NCBI GenBank assembly: GCA_001777665.1
Contig: MFEQ01000004.1
Coordinates: 64,679-128,678, forward strand
Origin: Candidatus Doudnabacteria bacterium RIFCSPHIGHO2_02_FULL_42_25
Lineage (GTDB): Bacteria; Patescibacteriota; Doudnabacteria; UBA920; O2-02-FULL-48-8
Reading direction: 5' to 3'
Length of the DNA: 64,000 nucleotides
This document shows positions 37,816 through 47,396 of the stretch, piece by piece (position 1 is the stretch's first letter; each line of letters starts with the position of its first letter). The notes under the pieces were generated by a model. The model saw only the letters and a program-made list of their open reading frames with translations. It searched no databases and was not told where the DNA came from. A program made the position numbers and the translations under genes.

Positions 37816-39553
37816 TAACTTTTTCCTTGGCTATTGGCAATACACAATAAAAAGTTGACCCCTTACTAACTTCCGAAAATACCCCGACGCTCCCCCCGTG
37901 GGCTTCAGCAATTCCTTTGGAAATAACTAGTCCTAAGCCCGTTCCTTTTTTCTCCGAATGCGCTGATTCTTCGAGTTGGGTAAATTTGTTAAATAATTTA
38001 GAGAGTTGCTCCTCTGCAATCCCCACCCCGCTATCTGTAACACCAAGGATTAGAACATCTTCTTCAAACGTTTTGTCTTTTATACCAGGCCAAATCATTC
38101 CGAGACTACTCACTTTATTTAGAAAACTCTCCCCTTTTTTTACTGTCAAAGCCGAGACTATAATTTTCCCTTCTTTCGTAAATTTAATCGCATTTGATAA
38201 GAAATTATTTAACACCTGGGCAATTTTGTTTTCATCCAAAGAAAAAGTGGCTACGCCTGGTTCGACTTTCGATTCGAGTGTTAAATGATTTTCTTCAGCG
38301 AGCGAAACAAATGATTGGATACGAACCTTAATTACTTCTGGAATATTGGTATCCCTTCGTAGTATTTGAAGTTTCCCTGACTCCAATTTTGCGACGTCCA
38401 GTAAGTCATTCACCAAATCCAACATCGATGAGGAATTCGAAACGATTAATTCGATAAATTCTTGATATTTTTTCTGTTCGTTCTTTATTTTATCTTCACG
38501 GAGTAAGTTGGCAATCGATCGGATTCCAGTTAGAGGACTCCGCAATTCGTGAACCATCATCGAGGTAAAATCTTCGCGCATTTTTTCTATAGATTTTTCT
38601 TTAGTGATATCGTGGAATAGTACGACTGCTCCTAGCGGTTCGTTGGCTGCGTCTTTGACTGGACTGACTAAGACACGCAAAACTTTTTCGTCCAATTTCA
38701 ATTGCTCTTCCACTTCTAATTTATCCTTTCGTAAGCTCTCCTCGATTTTTGTCCTTAAATCCATTTTCGACGATAGTTTTCCTAAAATATCAAAAATCGA
38801 TGGTTGAGCTTTATCGATCCCCAACATTTTTTGCGCAGTCGGGTTGATCACCAATAATCTATTCCTAGTATCCACCATCAAAACTCCATCGGCCATGGAT
38901 TCAACCATGGAATTGAGTTTCCCCTTTTCCAAATTCAAAATATTTTCTAACTTCGAAACCGCAGTTGATGCTTGGTGCATGATTGTATAGAGCAGCATCA
39001 TTTCTTCTTCTTTGTACAATCCTGGTTTGTGCGATGAAACATTGAGTAACCCGACTGGTCGATTATTAATCACTACTGGAATATTGAAAAAAGATTGAAT
39101 CGTGGTTTTATTGGTTTCATCAGTAATTGTGCCGGAAATGCTTTCATCGACTTCGCTTTCTTTAACCTCTCTGTTCAGCAGCGCGGTCAGAGCCGCCAAC
39201 ATGCGTGATTCCACATCTTCAATAAATTTTTTGTTCACAGACTCTTCGACAATACAGTGAAAAATAATACGACCTTCATCGCTTAAAATCAAATACGAAA
39301 CCGTGGAATAATCCAGTAATTTGCGAAGTGACCCCGTCACGACATCAACGATTTTTTGGACATTTAACGAATACCCGATTCTCTCCCCTAACTCTTTCAA
39401 AATCGAAACTTCGTACATGCGCCGTTGCATTTCGTGTTCTTTGCCCAGCAAATTTTTGCGCATCCGTTTGTTTTCAATCCAAACAAAAATAAAGACAATC
39501 ACACTATAGATTGCCAACATAATAAACAGCTGACTGTTATTTAGAGTAACCAT
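37805..39553 (-). CDS. TM-GAF-PAS histidine kinase
   Basis: N-terminal TM, GAF-like region, SMADGV...INP (PAS), HELRSPL, NAIKFT, GTGLGL. Confidence 0.92.
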   Translation of the reverse strand: MVTLNNSQLFIMLAIYSVIVFIFVWIENKRMRKNLLGKEHEMQRRMYEVSILKELGERIGYSLNVQKIVDVVTGSLRKLLDYSTVSYLILSDEGRIIFHCIVEESVNKKFIEDVESRMLAALTALLNREVKESEVDESISGTITDETNKTTIQSFFNIPVVINNRPVGLLNVSSHKPGLYKEEEMMLLYTIMHQASTAVSKLENILNLEKGKLNSMVESMADGVLMVDTRNRLLVINPTAQKMLGIDKAQPSIFDILGKLSSKMDLRTKIEESLRKDKLEVEEQLKLDEKVLRVLVSPVKDAANEPLGAVVLFHDITKEKSIEKMREDFTSMMVHELRSPLTGIRSIANLLREDKIKNEQKKYQEFIELIVSNSSSMLDLVNDLLDVAKLESGKLQILRRDTNIPEVIKVRIQSFVSLAEENHLTLESKVEPGVATFSLDENKIAQVLNNFLSNAIKFTKEGKIIVSALTVKKGESFLNKVSSLGMIWPGIKDKTFEEDVLILGVTDSGVGIAEEQLSKLFNKFTQLEESAHSEKKGTGLGLVISKGIAEAHGGSVGVFSEVSKGSTFYCVLPIAKEKVNAT

Positions 39554-39572
39554 TTTGTTTTGCTACTACTAC

Positions 39573-39878
39573 CTACTGTTTGTTAACTGATCCCAGTTTT
39601 GAAAACGCTATCCCGAGTAAAACTAAACTCACTAAAATAAGCAGGTCTTGAAAAACTGAAGCTGTCAGAGAATGCTCGACAATTTTAAATTTCAAAAGCA
39701 CGTTTTCGATAGAAGCCACGGCAACCAACATCGTCGCCACCCCTATCAGACGAACTGCTTTGCCGATAATTCCGCCATAGAGTTTGGTGCTCATCATTAA
39801 ATTATAAAACACACCTATGATAATTATGGCTATCAGTGATTGAATTAAAATATTAGCTGTGGAATTAAATTCGTACAT
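39573..39878 (-). CDS. 3-TM small membrane protein
   Basis: 101 aa, three hydrophobic segments, YGGIIGK. Confidence 0.7.
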   Translation of the reverse strand: MYEFNSTANILIQSLIAIIIIGVFYNLMMSTKLYGGIIGKAVRLIGVATMLVAVASIENVLLKFKIVEHSLTASVFQDLLILVSLVLLGIAFSKLGSVNKQ

Positions 39879-40131
39879 TGATTTCAGGATATTTCAGCAG
39901 GACCGGATTAAGAATATTTTTGACGATCTGACCTGACAGAGTTACGTATTCATTAATTAAATTTTGTAAAACCTCTTGAGGATCACCATCAATGCTTTCA
40001 ACTTTTCCACCCGAGCTCAAATTTAAACCCTTCACGTTTCTCGCCTTTAATAAAACAATATCCGGTCCTAAAATAATAGTTTGTTTGGCGATAATTTCGT
40101 CGATTAAATTTTGATAATTTTGTGTTTCCAT
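39865..40131 (-). CDS. Small soluble protein in the signalling operon
   Basis: 88 aa, IIAKQTIILGP...ARNVKGL...LQNLINEY..LSG. Confidence 0.7.
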   Translation of the reverse strand: METQNYQNLIDEIIAKQTIILGPDIVLLKARNVKGLNLSSGGKVESIDGDPQEVLQNLINEYVTLSGQIVKNILNPVLLKYPEINVRI

Positions 40132-40140
40132 TTTTTGGGA

Positions 40141-40545
40141 CTAGACTCCCGTAGCTTCAGCTTTATTTCGATCAAGAACAGTTTTGATTTTGCTAACTAA
40201 TTCTTCTAAGCGATAGTTGGCTTTGACTAGATAATCCATGGCTCCGAGGGAGAGTGCGTCCGAAACTTTGTCGTAATCTGATAAATTGGTCAGGATGACT
40301 ACTGGAATATTTTTTGTCTGGTCATTTTCTTTCAATTGCTTAAGTGCTCCGATACCATCCAGTTTCGGCATAACTAAATCCAGTAAAATTAAATCAGGCA
40401 TTTCGGAGGCAGCTTTGGCTACCCCTTCTTCACCATCTTTGGCCCCGACAGCGTCAAATCCCTCTTGTTTTAGCTCTTCTGCTAAAGCAGTAAGCAAAAT
40501 TTCTTCGTCTTCGACTATTAAAATCTTAGTTTTTTTCTCATCCAT
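40141..40545 (-). CDS. Single-domain response regulator
   Basis: ILIVEDE, LLDLVMP, ILTN, DYLVK. Confidence 0.95.
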   Translation of the reverse strand: MDEKKTKILIVEDEEILLTALAEELKQEGFDAVGAKDGEEGVAKAASEMPDLILLDLVMPKLDGIGALKQLKENDQTKNIPVVILTNLSDYDKVSDALSLGAMDYLVKANYRLEELVSKIKTVLDRNKAEATGV

Positions 40546-40665
40546 ATAGTTTTATTTCACTTCTTTTGTGGTTAAATAACTTGGCATTATTATAGCATAA
40601 ACGGTCAAGAATCACTAATCTTGAGTAATTCAGCTAAATTTGCTAAAATTTCCAGGTACAACTCT

Positions 40666-40740
40666 GCCGAGATAGCTCAGTGGTAGAGCAACGCTTTTGT
40701 AAAGCGAAGGTCGGAGGTTCGAATCCTCTTCTCGGCTCCA
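40666..40740 (+). tRNA. tRNA-Thr(TGT)
   Basis: GCCGAGA...TTTGTAA...GGTTCGAATCC...TCTCGGC-T-CCA. Confidence 0.96.
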
Positions 40741-40869
40741 GAGAATTAGTATAGTTACAAACAAAAATAGGGGCGCAGCGAAGCGAGCACGATTTTTGTT
40801 TGAGAGGAGCAACAGAGGACCGTAGCACAATTGCGAGGCAATTTGCGAAGTGTCCGATAGTTGCGACGA

Positions 40870-40956
40870 GGGCAGGTAGCGAAGTGGTCAAACGCGGCTG
40901 ACTGTAAATCAGCTGGCCTTGCGCCTTCACAGGTTCGAATCCTGTCCTGCCCACCA
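40870..40956 (+). tRNA. tRNA-Tyr(GTA)
   Basis: GGGCAGG...GCTGA-CTGTAAA-TCAGC, long variable arm, CCTGCCC-A-CCA. Confidence 0.96.
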
Positions 40957-40957
40957 G

Positions 40958-40988
40958 AAAAAAACCGATTAATTGATCGGTTTTTTTC
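40958..40988. terminator. Intrinsic terminator
   Basis: AAAAAAACCGATTAATTGATCGGTTTTTTT. Confidence 0.75.
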
Positions 40989-41029
40989 TTTTTTCCTATA
41001 ACCACTCACAGAAAAACTGCTGTGGAATT

Positions 41030-41878
41030 TCAAATTCTCAACCGCATCAACTTTTCACGGGCGGATTTATTTGTAGGTTCGTGAGACAATATTTGCTCCA
41101 ATACTTCTTCGGCACGGACACTATTCTCTAGTTTGATGTAAGCATCTGCCAGCAGAGTCATGTAATGAATATTGAGCTTATCCAAGTCCAGTGCTTGTGA
41201 AATTGCTTTGACTGCTTTGGTGTAATCATCCAGAGCCTCAAAGCACAAACCCAAATTTATCCATCTCGTCGGAATTTTATTGTTGATGCTTAGCGCTTTC
41301 TCGTACGCAATCTTCGCTTTCTGATATTCCTTGAGTGAATAATGTGACAAGCCGAGGTTGCTATAGTAAATATCTTTTGTCGGATCAAGTTTAATCAGAT
41401 ATTCATAAATCTGGACCGCATCTGCAAAGTTTTTATTCTGCAGATACAATCGGCCGAGTGCCGCGTAAGCTTCTTTGTCATTCGGATTGCGTTTGATCGC
41501 TTCCAGATATAGATCTTCGGGATTTTGTGTAGCCGTAGGCTTAATCGACAGCTCTGCGGCTTCTGGAAGCCACGCTGGTTCTACTTCCGAAGATCGAATT
41601 CGAATTCGAAAAGCACTTTTAACTTTTTCGTATTGGTTATGAATTGATTTGGTTGTCGAAGGCGTTAGATCTTTAGCTTCGAGAATAAAATGCCAAACTT
41701 TTCTAACGATCGCATTGATTTTCTGTTTGACATAAGGCCAAAGCTCGTGGTGATGATGTTCTGTGTTCAGACGCATCCGCACATGTGGGCGAGAGTTGAG
41801 CTGTCCGATTTTTACCAAAAATAAACTTATCGCCACCAGTACTGCGATCGATAAAATTATGATTGCCGCGATGATCAT
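41030..41878 (-). CDS. Membrane-anchored TPR protein
   Basis: N-terminal TM and 4-5 TPR motifs. Confidence 0.85.
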   Translation of the reverse strand: MIIAAIIILSIAVLVAISLFLVKIGQLNSRPHVRMRLNTEHHHHELWPYVKQKINAIVRKVWHFILEAKDLTPSTTKSIHNQYEKVKSAFRIRIRSSEVEPAWLPEAAELSIKPTATQNPEDLYLEAIKRNPNDKEAYAALGRLYLQNKNFADAVQIYEYLIKLDPTKDIYYSNLGLSHYSLKEYQKAKIAYEKALSINNKIPTRWINLGLCFEALDDYTKAVKAISQALDLDKLNIHYMTLLADAYIKLENSVRAEEVLEQILSHEPTNKSAREKLMRLRI

Positions 41879-42466
41879 TTATTCTGATCCAAGCATAAAG
41901 CGAGTAAACCTTCGAACTTGGATGTTCTCGCCTAATTTACTGACTGATTCCGCAATCAAATCCTTGATTTTCTTTTCAGGCTCGCGGACATAGGGTTGAT
42001 CGAGCAAACAAACCATTTCATAGTATTTTTCCAGTTTACCGGCAATTATCTGGTCCTGCATCGCCACTGGTTTATCTTTGATTTGCTCACGATAAATGTT
42101 CTTTTCATTATCAGCAACCGCTTCGGGAACTTGGTCCCGACTGACATAGATCGGGGCGGCTGCAGCGATATGAAGAGCGATTTCTTGGGCCAGAGCCTGG
42201 AAAGCTTCGTTGCGTGCGACAAAATCTGTCTCGCAATTAAGTTCAATCAACACGCCGACTTTACCACCAGCGTGAATATAAGAAGCAACAATTCCTTCTT
42301 TGGTTGTTCGCTCTGATTTTTTAGCCAGAGAAGCATGACCTTTTTTACGAAGCAGCGCGACTGCTTCATCAAAGTTGCCAGCTTCAAGGAGAGCTTTTTT
42401 GGCATCCATCATACCAGCGCCTGTGGCTTCTCTTAACTTTTTTACATCTTCAGTTGAAATTTGCAT
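41879..42466 (-). CDS. tsf: Elongation factor Ts (short form)
   Basis: VKKLREATGAGMMD, ELNCETDFV. Confidence 0.97.
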   Translation of the reverse strand: MQISTEDVKKLREATGAGMMDAKKALLEAGNFDEAVALLRKKGHASLAKKSERTTKEGIVASYIHAGGKVGVLIELNCETDFVARNEAFQALAQEIALHIAAAAPIYVSRDQVPEAVADNEKNIYREQIKDKPVAMQDQIIAGKLEKYYEMVCLLDQPYVREPEKKIKDLIAESVSKLGENIQVRRFTRFMLGSE

Positions 42467-42558
42467 GTTAATTTTTAATTCTGAATTTTGTATTTCGAAT
42501 AAAATTATTAAATTCTAATTTCGAAATTGAATCAAAATTCTTAATTCTTAATTCAAAA

Positions 42559-43290
42559 TTACTTTGCTATTGCAGCGTCTTCGGTTTGAGTCATCACAGC
42601 CTGCTGCATTTTGCTTTTACCTTCATTAATCGCTTCTGCCATGATGTTGGCCATGAAGCTGATAACTTTTATCGCATCGTCATTTGATGGGATTATATAA
42701 TCAACTTTGGTTGGATCCGAATTGGTATCGACGAGTCCGATAACTTTGACTTTGGACAATCGAGCTTCAGTCACTGGAATGTGGTCGTGCTTGGTATCGA
42801 GAACGAAAATAGCTTCCGGTAATTTCTTCATTTCTTTGATTCCAGAGAAGAAGGTTTTCATTTTCTCAATTTCGCGGGCTGTCATCAACTGTTCTTTTTT
42901 CGTATATTTCTTGATCTCACCAGTCTCAATCATTTTTTCCAAACGTTCCATTTTCTTGATTGTTTTCTGGATTGTACGGAAGTTCGTAAATGTACCACCT
43001 AACCAGCGTTCTACGACGTAAGGCATACCGCATGATTCCGCAGCTTTACGCACTTCATCTTTTGCCTGTCGTTTCGTTCCCACAAACAAAACAGTACCGC
43101 CCTTGGATGCAACTTCTGTTGCGAAGTTTACTGCATCCGACAGTTTGTTTTTGGTTTTTTCCAAATCCAAAATGTGGATGTTGTTGCGCTGGGTGTAAAT
43201 GTATTGCGCCATTTTTGGATTCCACAAAGAAGTTTTGTGGCCAAAATGAACCCCAGCTTTAAGCATCTCCATTAGTTCAATGGACTTCAT
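42559..43290 (-). CDS. rpsB: 30S ribosomal protein S2
   Basis: AGVHFGH, RWLGGTFTN, DTNSDP, NDDAI. Confidence 0.98.
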   Translation of the reverse strand: MKSIELMEMLKAGVHFGHKTSLWNPKMAQYIYTQRNNIHILDLEKTKNKLSDAVNFATEVASKGGTVLFVGTKRQAKDEVRKAAESCGMPYVVERWLGGTFTNFRTIQKTIKKMERLEKMIETGEIKKYTKKEQLMTAREIEKMKTFFSGIKEMKKLPEAIFVLDTKHDHIPVTEARLSKVKVIGLVDTNSDPTKVDYIIPSNDDAIKVISFMANIMAEAINEGKSKMQQAVMTQTEDAAIAK

Positions 43291-43299
43291 GTAATATAA

Positions 43300-43402
43300 T
43301 CCTTTCTTCGGCTACTTTCGTCATTTGAGTTTGGGACCCAGCCCCAGTTAGTTCCCGCTAACTTGGGGCTGGGCAGGACCAAAACCATCAAAAAGTATGA
43401 AT
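43300..43402 (-). ncRNA. Probable rpsB leader (S2-binding, t44-like)
   Basis: GC-rich hairpin CCCAGCCCCA...TGGGGCTGGG in the rpsB 5' UTR. Confidence 0.45.
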
Positions 43403-43569
43403 ATTAATTGCCCAAAGAGTTTAACATATATAGCTTGTCTTGGCAACCCGTCTGCTTTGGAAAAACCAATATTAAGCATTATATATACACATTAAAATTG
43501 CTACGTATTTTATACAAATGTACAAAATAGAGTACAAAAAAAGAAGCCTTCGAGATTGCCTCGTAGGCG

Positions 43570-43773
43570 TTAACGCTTCGTGTAGGGTACGATACATCCA
43601 ATCGCGCCCAACAACAGTGCTAGAAAGACCAATCCAAGGATTAAGATTGACCCTGCATCGCCCACATACGGAACGAGTTTCGCCTCAAGTGGCGAAACGC
43701 TTTGCGAAGGTCCAGTGAAGTAAAGAAGCACTCCGGCAAGTCCCAGTAAAGTCCAACCAATCGTTTTCCTCAT
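43570..43773 (-). CDS. Small 2-TM protein
   Basis: SD GAGGAG; 67 aa. Confidence 0.55.
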   Translation of the reverse strand: MRKTIGWTLLGLAGVLLYFTGPSQSVSPLEAKLVPYVGDAGSILILGLVFLALLLGAIGCIVPYTKR

Positions 43774-43966
43774 GATCTCCTCTTCCTAATTTTCCGTTGA
43801 CTTCTTCTCTTCATCGACATCTGAATCCCGAAGACGAAAGAGAAGACGAATGCCGCTAGCAGTATAAAAATAGTCCAACTGTCCAACTCGTATCCCCCTT
43901 TCGATTTTACACCACATACTACCCTGTCTTGACGAACGTGTCAATCTATGCTAATATTTCGGAGAT

Positions 43967-44215
43967 ATGAAGAACGAGATTCACCCACAATATTTCACAG
44001 CTGCTAAGGTTGTTTGTGCATGTGGCAACTCCTTTATTACGGGCTCTACCCAACAAGAGCTCCATGTTGAAATTTGTTACAACTGCCATCCTTTCTATAC
44101 TGGTAAACAAAACCTGATCGATACTTCAGGTACCATTGATAGATTCAAAAAACGTTCATCTAAAGCTGCTGAACTCAAGTCCAAACGGATTACGAAAAAA
44201 TTAGCTAAAGCTTAA
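43967..44215 (+). CDS. rpmE: 50S ribosomal protein L31
   Basis: [23 protein letters not shown]; TTGACG-17-TAATAT promoter. Confidence 0.97.
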   Translation: MKNEIHPQYFTAAKVVCACGNSFITGSTQQELHVEICYNCHPFYTGKQNLIDTSGTIDRFKKRSSKAAELKSKRITKKLAKA

Positions 44216-44269
44216 CCACTCCAAAGACACGCCATCTAAGAAACATCTTTAGGCGTGTTTTTAAATTAT

Positions 44270-45340
44270 ATGGGACTGAATTACTCTGCAATCAAAAAAG
44301 AATACGAACAGATAAGTGAGAAGCTCTCTCAAACTACTGATTCGCAAGAACTGGCTAAACTTGGCAAACGCCAGCGAGAACTTTTGCCTATGGTTACAGA
44401 TATCGAAAAATTGGAGAACGTAGAGAGAGAAATTCTTGAACACGAAAAAATGATTGCAGATAAATCTGAATTAGCCGAAGTGGCCGCGACTGAACTCCCC
44501 GCGCTCAAATCCGAACAAGAAAAGCTTTTGGAACAGCTCAAAATCGCGATGTTACCGAAAGATCCTTATGATGAGAAAAATATTATTATTGAAATTAGAG
44601 CGGGAGCTGGTGGTGACGAGTCTGGCTTGTTTGCTGCAGAACTATTTCGTATGTACTCCAAATACGCAGAAAAGCTTGGATACAAAGTTCACATTCTTAC
44701 CACGAATCGCACATCCATTGGCGGCTACAAAGAAGTAATTTTTGAAATTGTTGGTCCGCCAACTGGCGGAGGTGCTTATTCCAAATTCAAATACGAGTCA
44801 GGAGTACACCGGGTACAAAGAGTCCCTGAAACTGAAAAATCAGGACGTGTGCATACTTCCACTGTGACCGTCGCGGTCATGCCGGAAATTGAAGAAGTTG
44901 ATTTTAAAATCGATCCAAAAGACTTAAAATTTGAAGCGACCACCTCTTCTGGTCATGGGGGTCAATCCGTAAACACTACCTATTCTGCTGCGAGAATCAC
45001 CCACATCCCCACCGGGATCATGGTCATCATTCAAGACGAACGGTCTTTATCCCAAAACAAAGAAAAAGCCATGAATGTTATGCGCGCGCGGTTGCTGGCC
45101 ATCGAAGAAGAGCGAAAGCGGAAAGAGTTAAGCGATAAACGTAAATCCCAAATCGGTACGGGCGATCGTTCTGAAAAAATCCGAACATATAATTTTCCTC
45201 AAGATCGAATTACAGATCATCGAATCAATACGAATTGGAATCAAATCGGTTTGATTATGGATGGCAACATGGGGCAAATCACAGACGCCATGATCGCCGA
45301 AGATCAAAAAAGACAACTGGAGAAAGCGTCGAGCGTTTAA
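44270..45340 (+). CDS. prfA: Peptide chain release factor 1
   Basis: [35 protein letters not shown]. Confidence 0.97.
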   Translation: MGLNYSAIKKEYEQISEKLSQTTDSQELAKLGKRQRELLPMVTDIEKLENVEREILEHEKMIADKSELAEVAATELPALKSEQEKLLEQLKIAMLPKDPYDEKNIIIEIRAGAGGDESGLFAAELFRMYSKYAEKLGYKVHILTTNRTSIGGYKEVIFEIVGPPTGGGAYSKFKYESGVHRVQRVPETEKSGRVHTSTVTVAVMPEIEEVDFKIDPKDLKFEATTSSGHGGQSVNTTYSAARITHIPTGIMVIIQDERSLSQNKEKAMNVMRARLLAIEEERKRKELSDKRKSQIGTGDRSEKIRTYNFPQDRITDHRINTNWNQIGLIMDGNMGQITDAMIAEDQKRQLEKASSV

Positions 45341-45408
45341 CGTCAGTGCCGCGCGTATCGGTTAACGTCTGACGATACGCGTTGCGCAGACGAATAACCC
45401 TAACCGTC

Positions 45409-46248
45409 ATGACCATTCACCAACTTATAAATTTAGGAATCAAAAAACTCAACAAAACCTCCCCATCAGCAGCCCTCGATTCGGAGGTTCTTTTGTCTTA
45501 TGTGTTGAAAAAACCGAAAGAGTACCTAGTTGTCCATATGGGCAACTACGTCAGTCCGAAACAGGAAAAAAGATTTTTAACATTTATCAATCGCAGGTTA
45601 CTCGGCTGGCCCGTGGCTTATCTGACGAAGTCTAAAGAATTTTATAAACTCAATCTCTACGTCGACAAGCATGTGCTGATCCCCCGCCCCGAGACTGAAG
45701 GACTTGTAGAATTAGTCCTGAATTACCTAAAAGTACGATCGGACCAAATAGGTAAAATTAACATTTTAGATATTGGGACGGGCTCTGGAAATATTATCAT
45801 CTCCCTCGCTAAAAAACTCGGGACCAAGCACAATTACTTCGCCTCCGACATTTCACCAAAAGCTATCGCTGTGGCTAAGAAAAATGCTAAGCGCCAGAAA
45901 GTCAAAATCAAATTTGTGGATGGCAATTTACTCGAACCGTGGGGCAAACAGCATTTTGATTTAATCGTGGCCAATCTTCCCTACCTAGCAAAGCTCGTGG
46001 ATCCATCGACAAAGTTTGAACCGAGAGGCGCTTTGGTCGCTGCGAAAAAAGGGCTAAAACTCTATGAGGAATTATTCAAGCAAATCTACAACCTACAACC
46101 TAAATCCTACAACCTCTTTTTGGAAATCGGCCACGACCAGGCACCAGCAATAAAAAAACTGGCCAAAAAATTCTGGCCAGTTTCGAAAACGAAAATATAT
46201 AAGGATTTATTTGGACGACAGCGCTACGCGGTGATTACTCTTCTTTAG
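45409..46248 (+). CDS. prmC: Release factor glutamine methyltransferase
   Basis: LIPRPETE, DIGTGSG, ANLPY, LEIG. Confidence 0.95.
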   Translation: MTIHQLINLGIKKLNKTSPSAALDSEVLLSYVLKKPKEYLVVHMGNYVSPKQEKRFLTFINRRLLGWPVAYLTKSKEFYKLNLYVDKHVLIPRPETEGLVELVLNYLKVRSDQIGKINILDIGTGSGNIIISLAKKLGTKHNYFASDISPKAIAVAKKNAKRQKVKIKFVDGNLLEPWGKQHFDLIVANLPYLAKLVDPSTKFEPRGALVAAKKGLKLYEELFKQIYNLQPKSYNLFLEIGHDQAPAIKKLAKKFWPVSKTKIYKDLFGRQRYAVITLL

Positions 46249-46927
46249 TTTTCTTATCCTCTGTGGCAGGTACCGCGGCATCATCAGTAACTCCAGGTTC
46301 GGGTTTAATCACACCTTCCACAGCTGTGACGTCTTCCACAACTTTTTCTTCCAAAGACTTCATTTCTTCTTCAGTTCGAGGTTTAGCGACATTGGCTATC
46401 ACTTCTTCTGGAGATGCTGAGATTGTAACTTTATCACCGACATTCAAACTGGAGACGCGAATCGCATCTTCAAATGTATTCAGTGAAGAAATATCAATTT
46501 CAAAGGCTTGAGGGATATCCCCTGGCAAACATTCCACCTCGACTTCAGAAAGATTTTTCACCAGAGTTCCACCCAAATTCTTTACTGCTGGAGATTCACC
46601 ACTAAAGTGAATAGGAACGTGAACTTTAACTTTTTCCGCCATGTTTACGGCATAGAAATCAACGTGAATTGGTTTACCTTTCAAATAATGGTTCTGAACT
46701 TCATGAATTAACACGGGTCGGGTCTGGCCATCTACCACTAAATTGACGATTGTAGATTCACCGGCTTTTCGAAAAGCCATGGCAAACTCACGTTCAGAGA
46801 TTTCAATTTGTGTCGTATCTACTTTGTGACCATACAAAACAGCTGGCAGTTTTCCTGCATTGCGTAGATTCTTTACTCGTTTGCCAGAAACTTCACGCTT
46901 CGTGGCGATAATTGAAATATTTTGCAT
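46235..46927 (-). CDS. rplY: 50S ribosomal protein L25/CTC
   Basis: LRNAGKLPAVLYG, IHVDF, CLPGDIP. Confidence 0.95.
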   Translation of the reverse strand: MQNISIIATKREVSGKRVKNLRNAGKLPAVLYGHKVDTTQIEISEREFAMAFRKAGESTIVNLVVDGQTRPVLIHEVQNHYLKGKPIHVDFYAVNMAEKVKVHVPIHFSGESPAVKNLGGTLVKNLSEVEVECLPGDIPQAFEIDISSLNTFEDAIRVSSLNVGDKVTISASPEEVIANVAKPRTEEEMKSLEEKVVEDVTAVEGVIKPEPGVTDDAAVPATEDKKTKEE

Positions 46928-46978
46928 AAATTAAAATAGCTGTCATATCCTAACACTTTTGTGTGCCTAAGTCAACAG

Positions 46979-47338
46979 CTATTTTCGTAAGGCTGATTTG
47001 AAGTCACCATCAAAAGTTCGAAGGAACTCATGAGTAGCCAAGACTTCATCAGATGTAATGGGTTCACGATTTTTGAATTTGCTGGTATCTTGGCTGGTTA
47101 GATCAGTGACCATACCGATAGAAAAAATTTCTGGACCATCGATGGCGATTGAAAACACAACGGAACTTTTACATCGCTCGCAATCCGTATGCACTAGTAA
47201 ACTTCGGCTATTAACCGGTTTATCCTCACCCGAATCAATAACCTTGGTCTGGTCAGCGTTATATTTTTGTCCACATACAGGACACTTTAGTATATATGCC
47301 AACCACTGGAGAATTTTGTTGTAATCAAACTTGGCCAT
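46979..47338 (-). CDS. Zinc-ribbon hypothetical protein
   Basis: CPVC...H..CERC; C-terminal ITSDEVL..H..L..FDGDF. Confidence 0.75.
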   Translation of the reverse strand: MAKFDYNKILQWLAYILKCPVCGQKYNADQTKVIDSGEDKPVNSRSLLVHTDCERCKSSVVFSIAIDGPEIFSIGMVTDLTSQDTSKFKNREPITSDEVLATHEFLRTFDGDFKSALRK

Positions 47339-47396
47339 ATCTTCTTTGTCTAACTATATTTTAAAACTCTAGAATGCAGTCGTCAATCAACAGTCA

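Noticed and set aside
40630-41033. ORFs at 40630-40830, 40643-41005 and 40755-41033
   Set aside because: Antisense to tRNA-Thr and tRNA-Tyr
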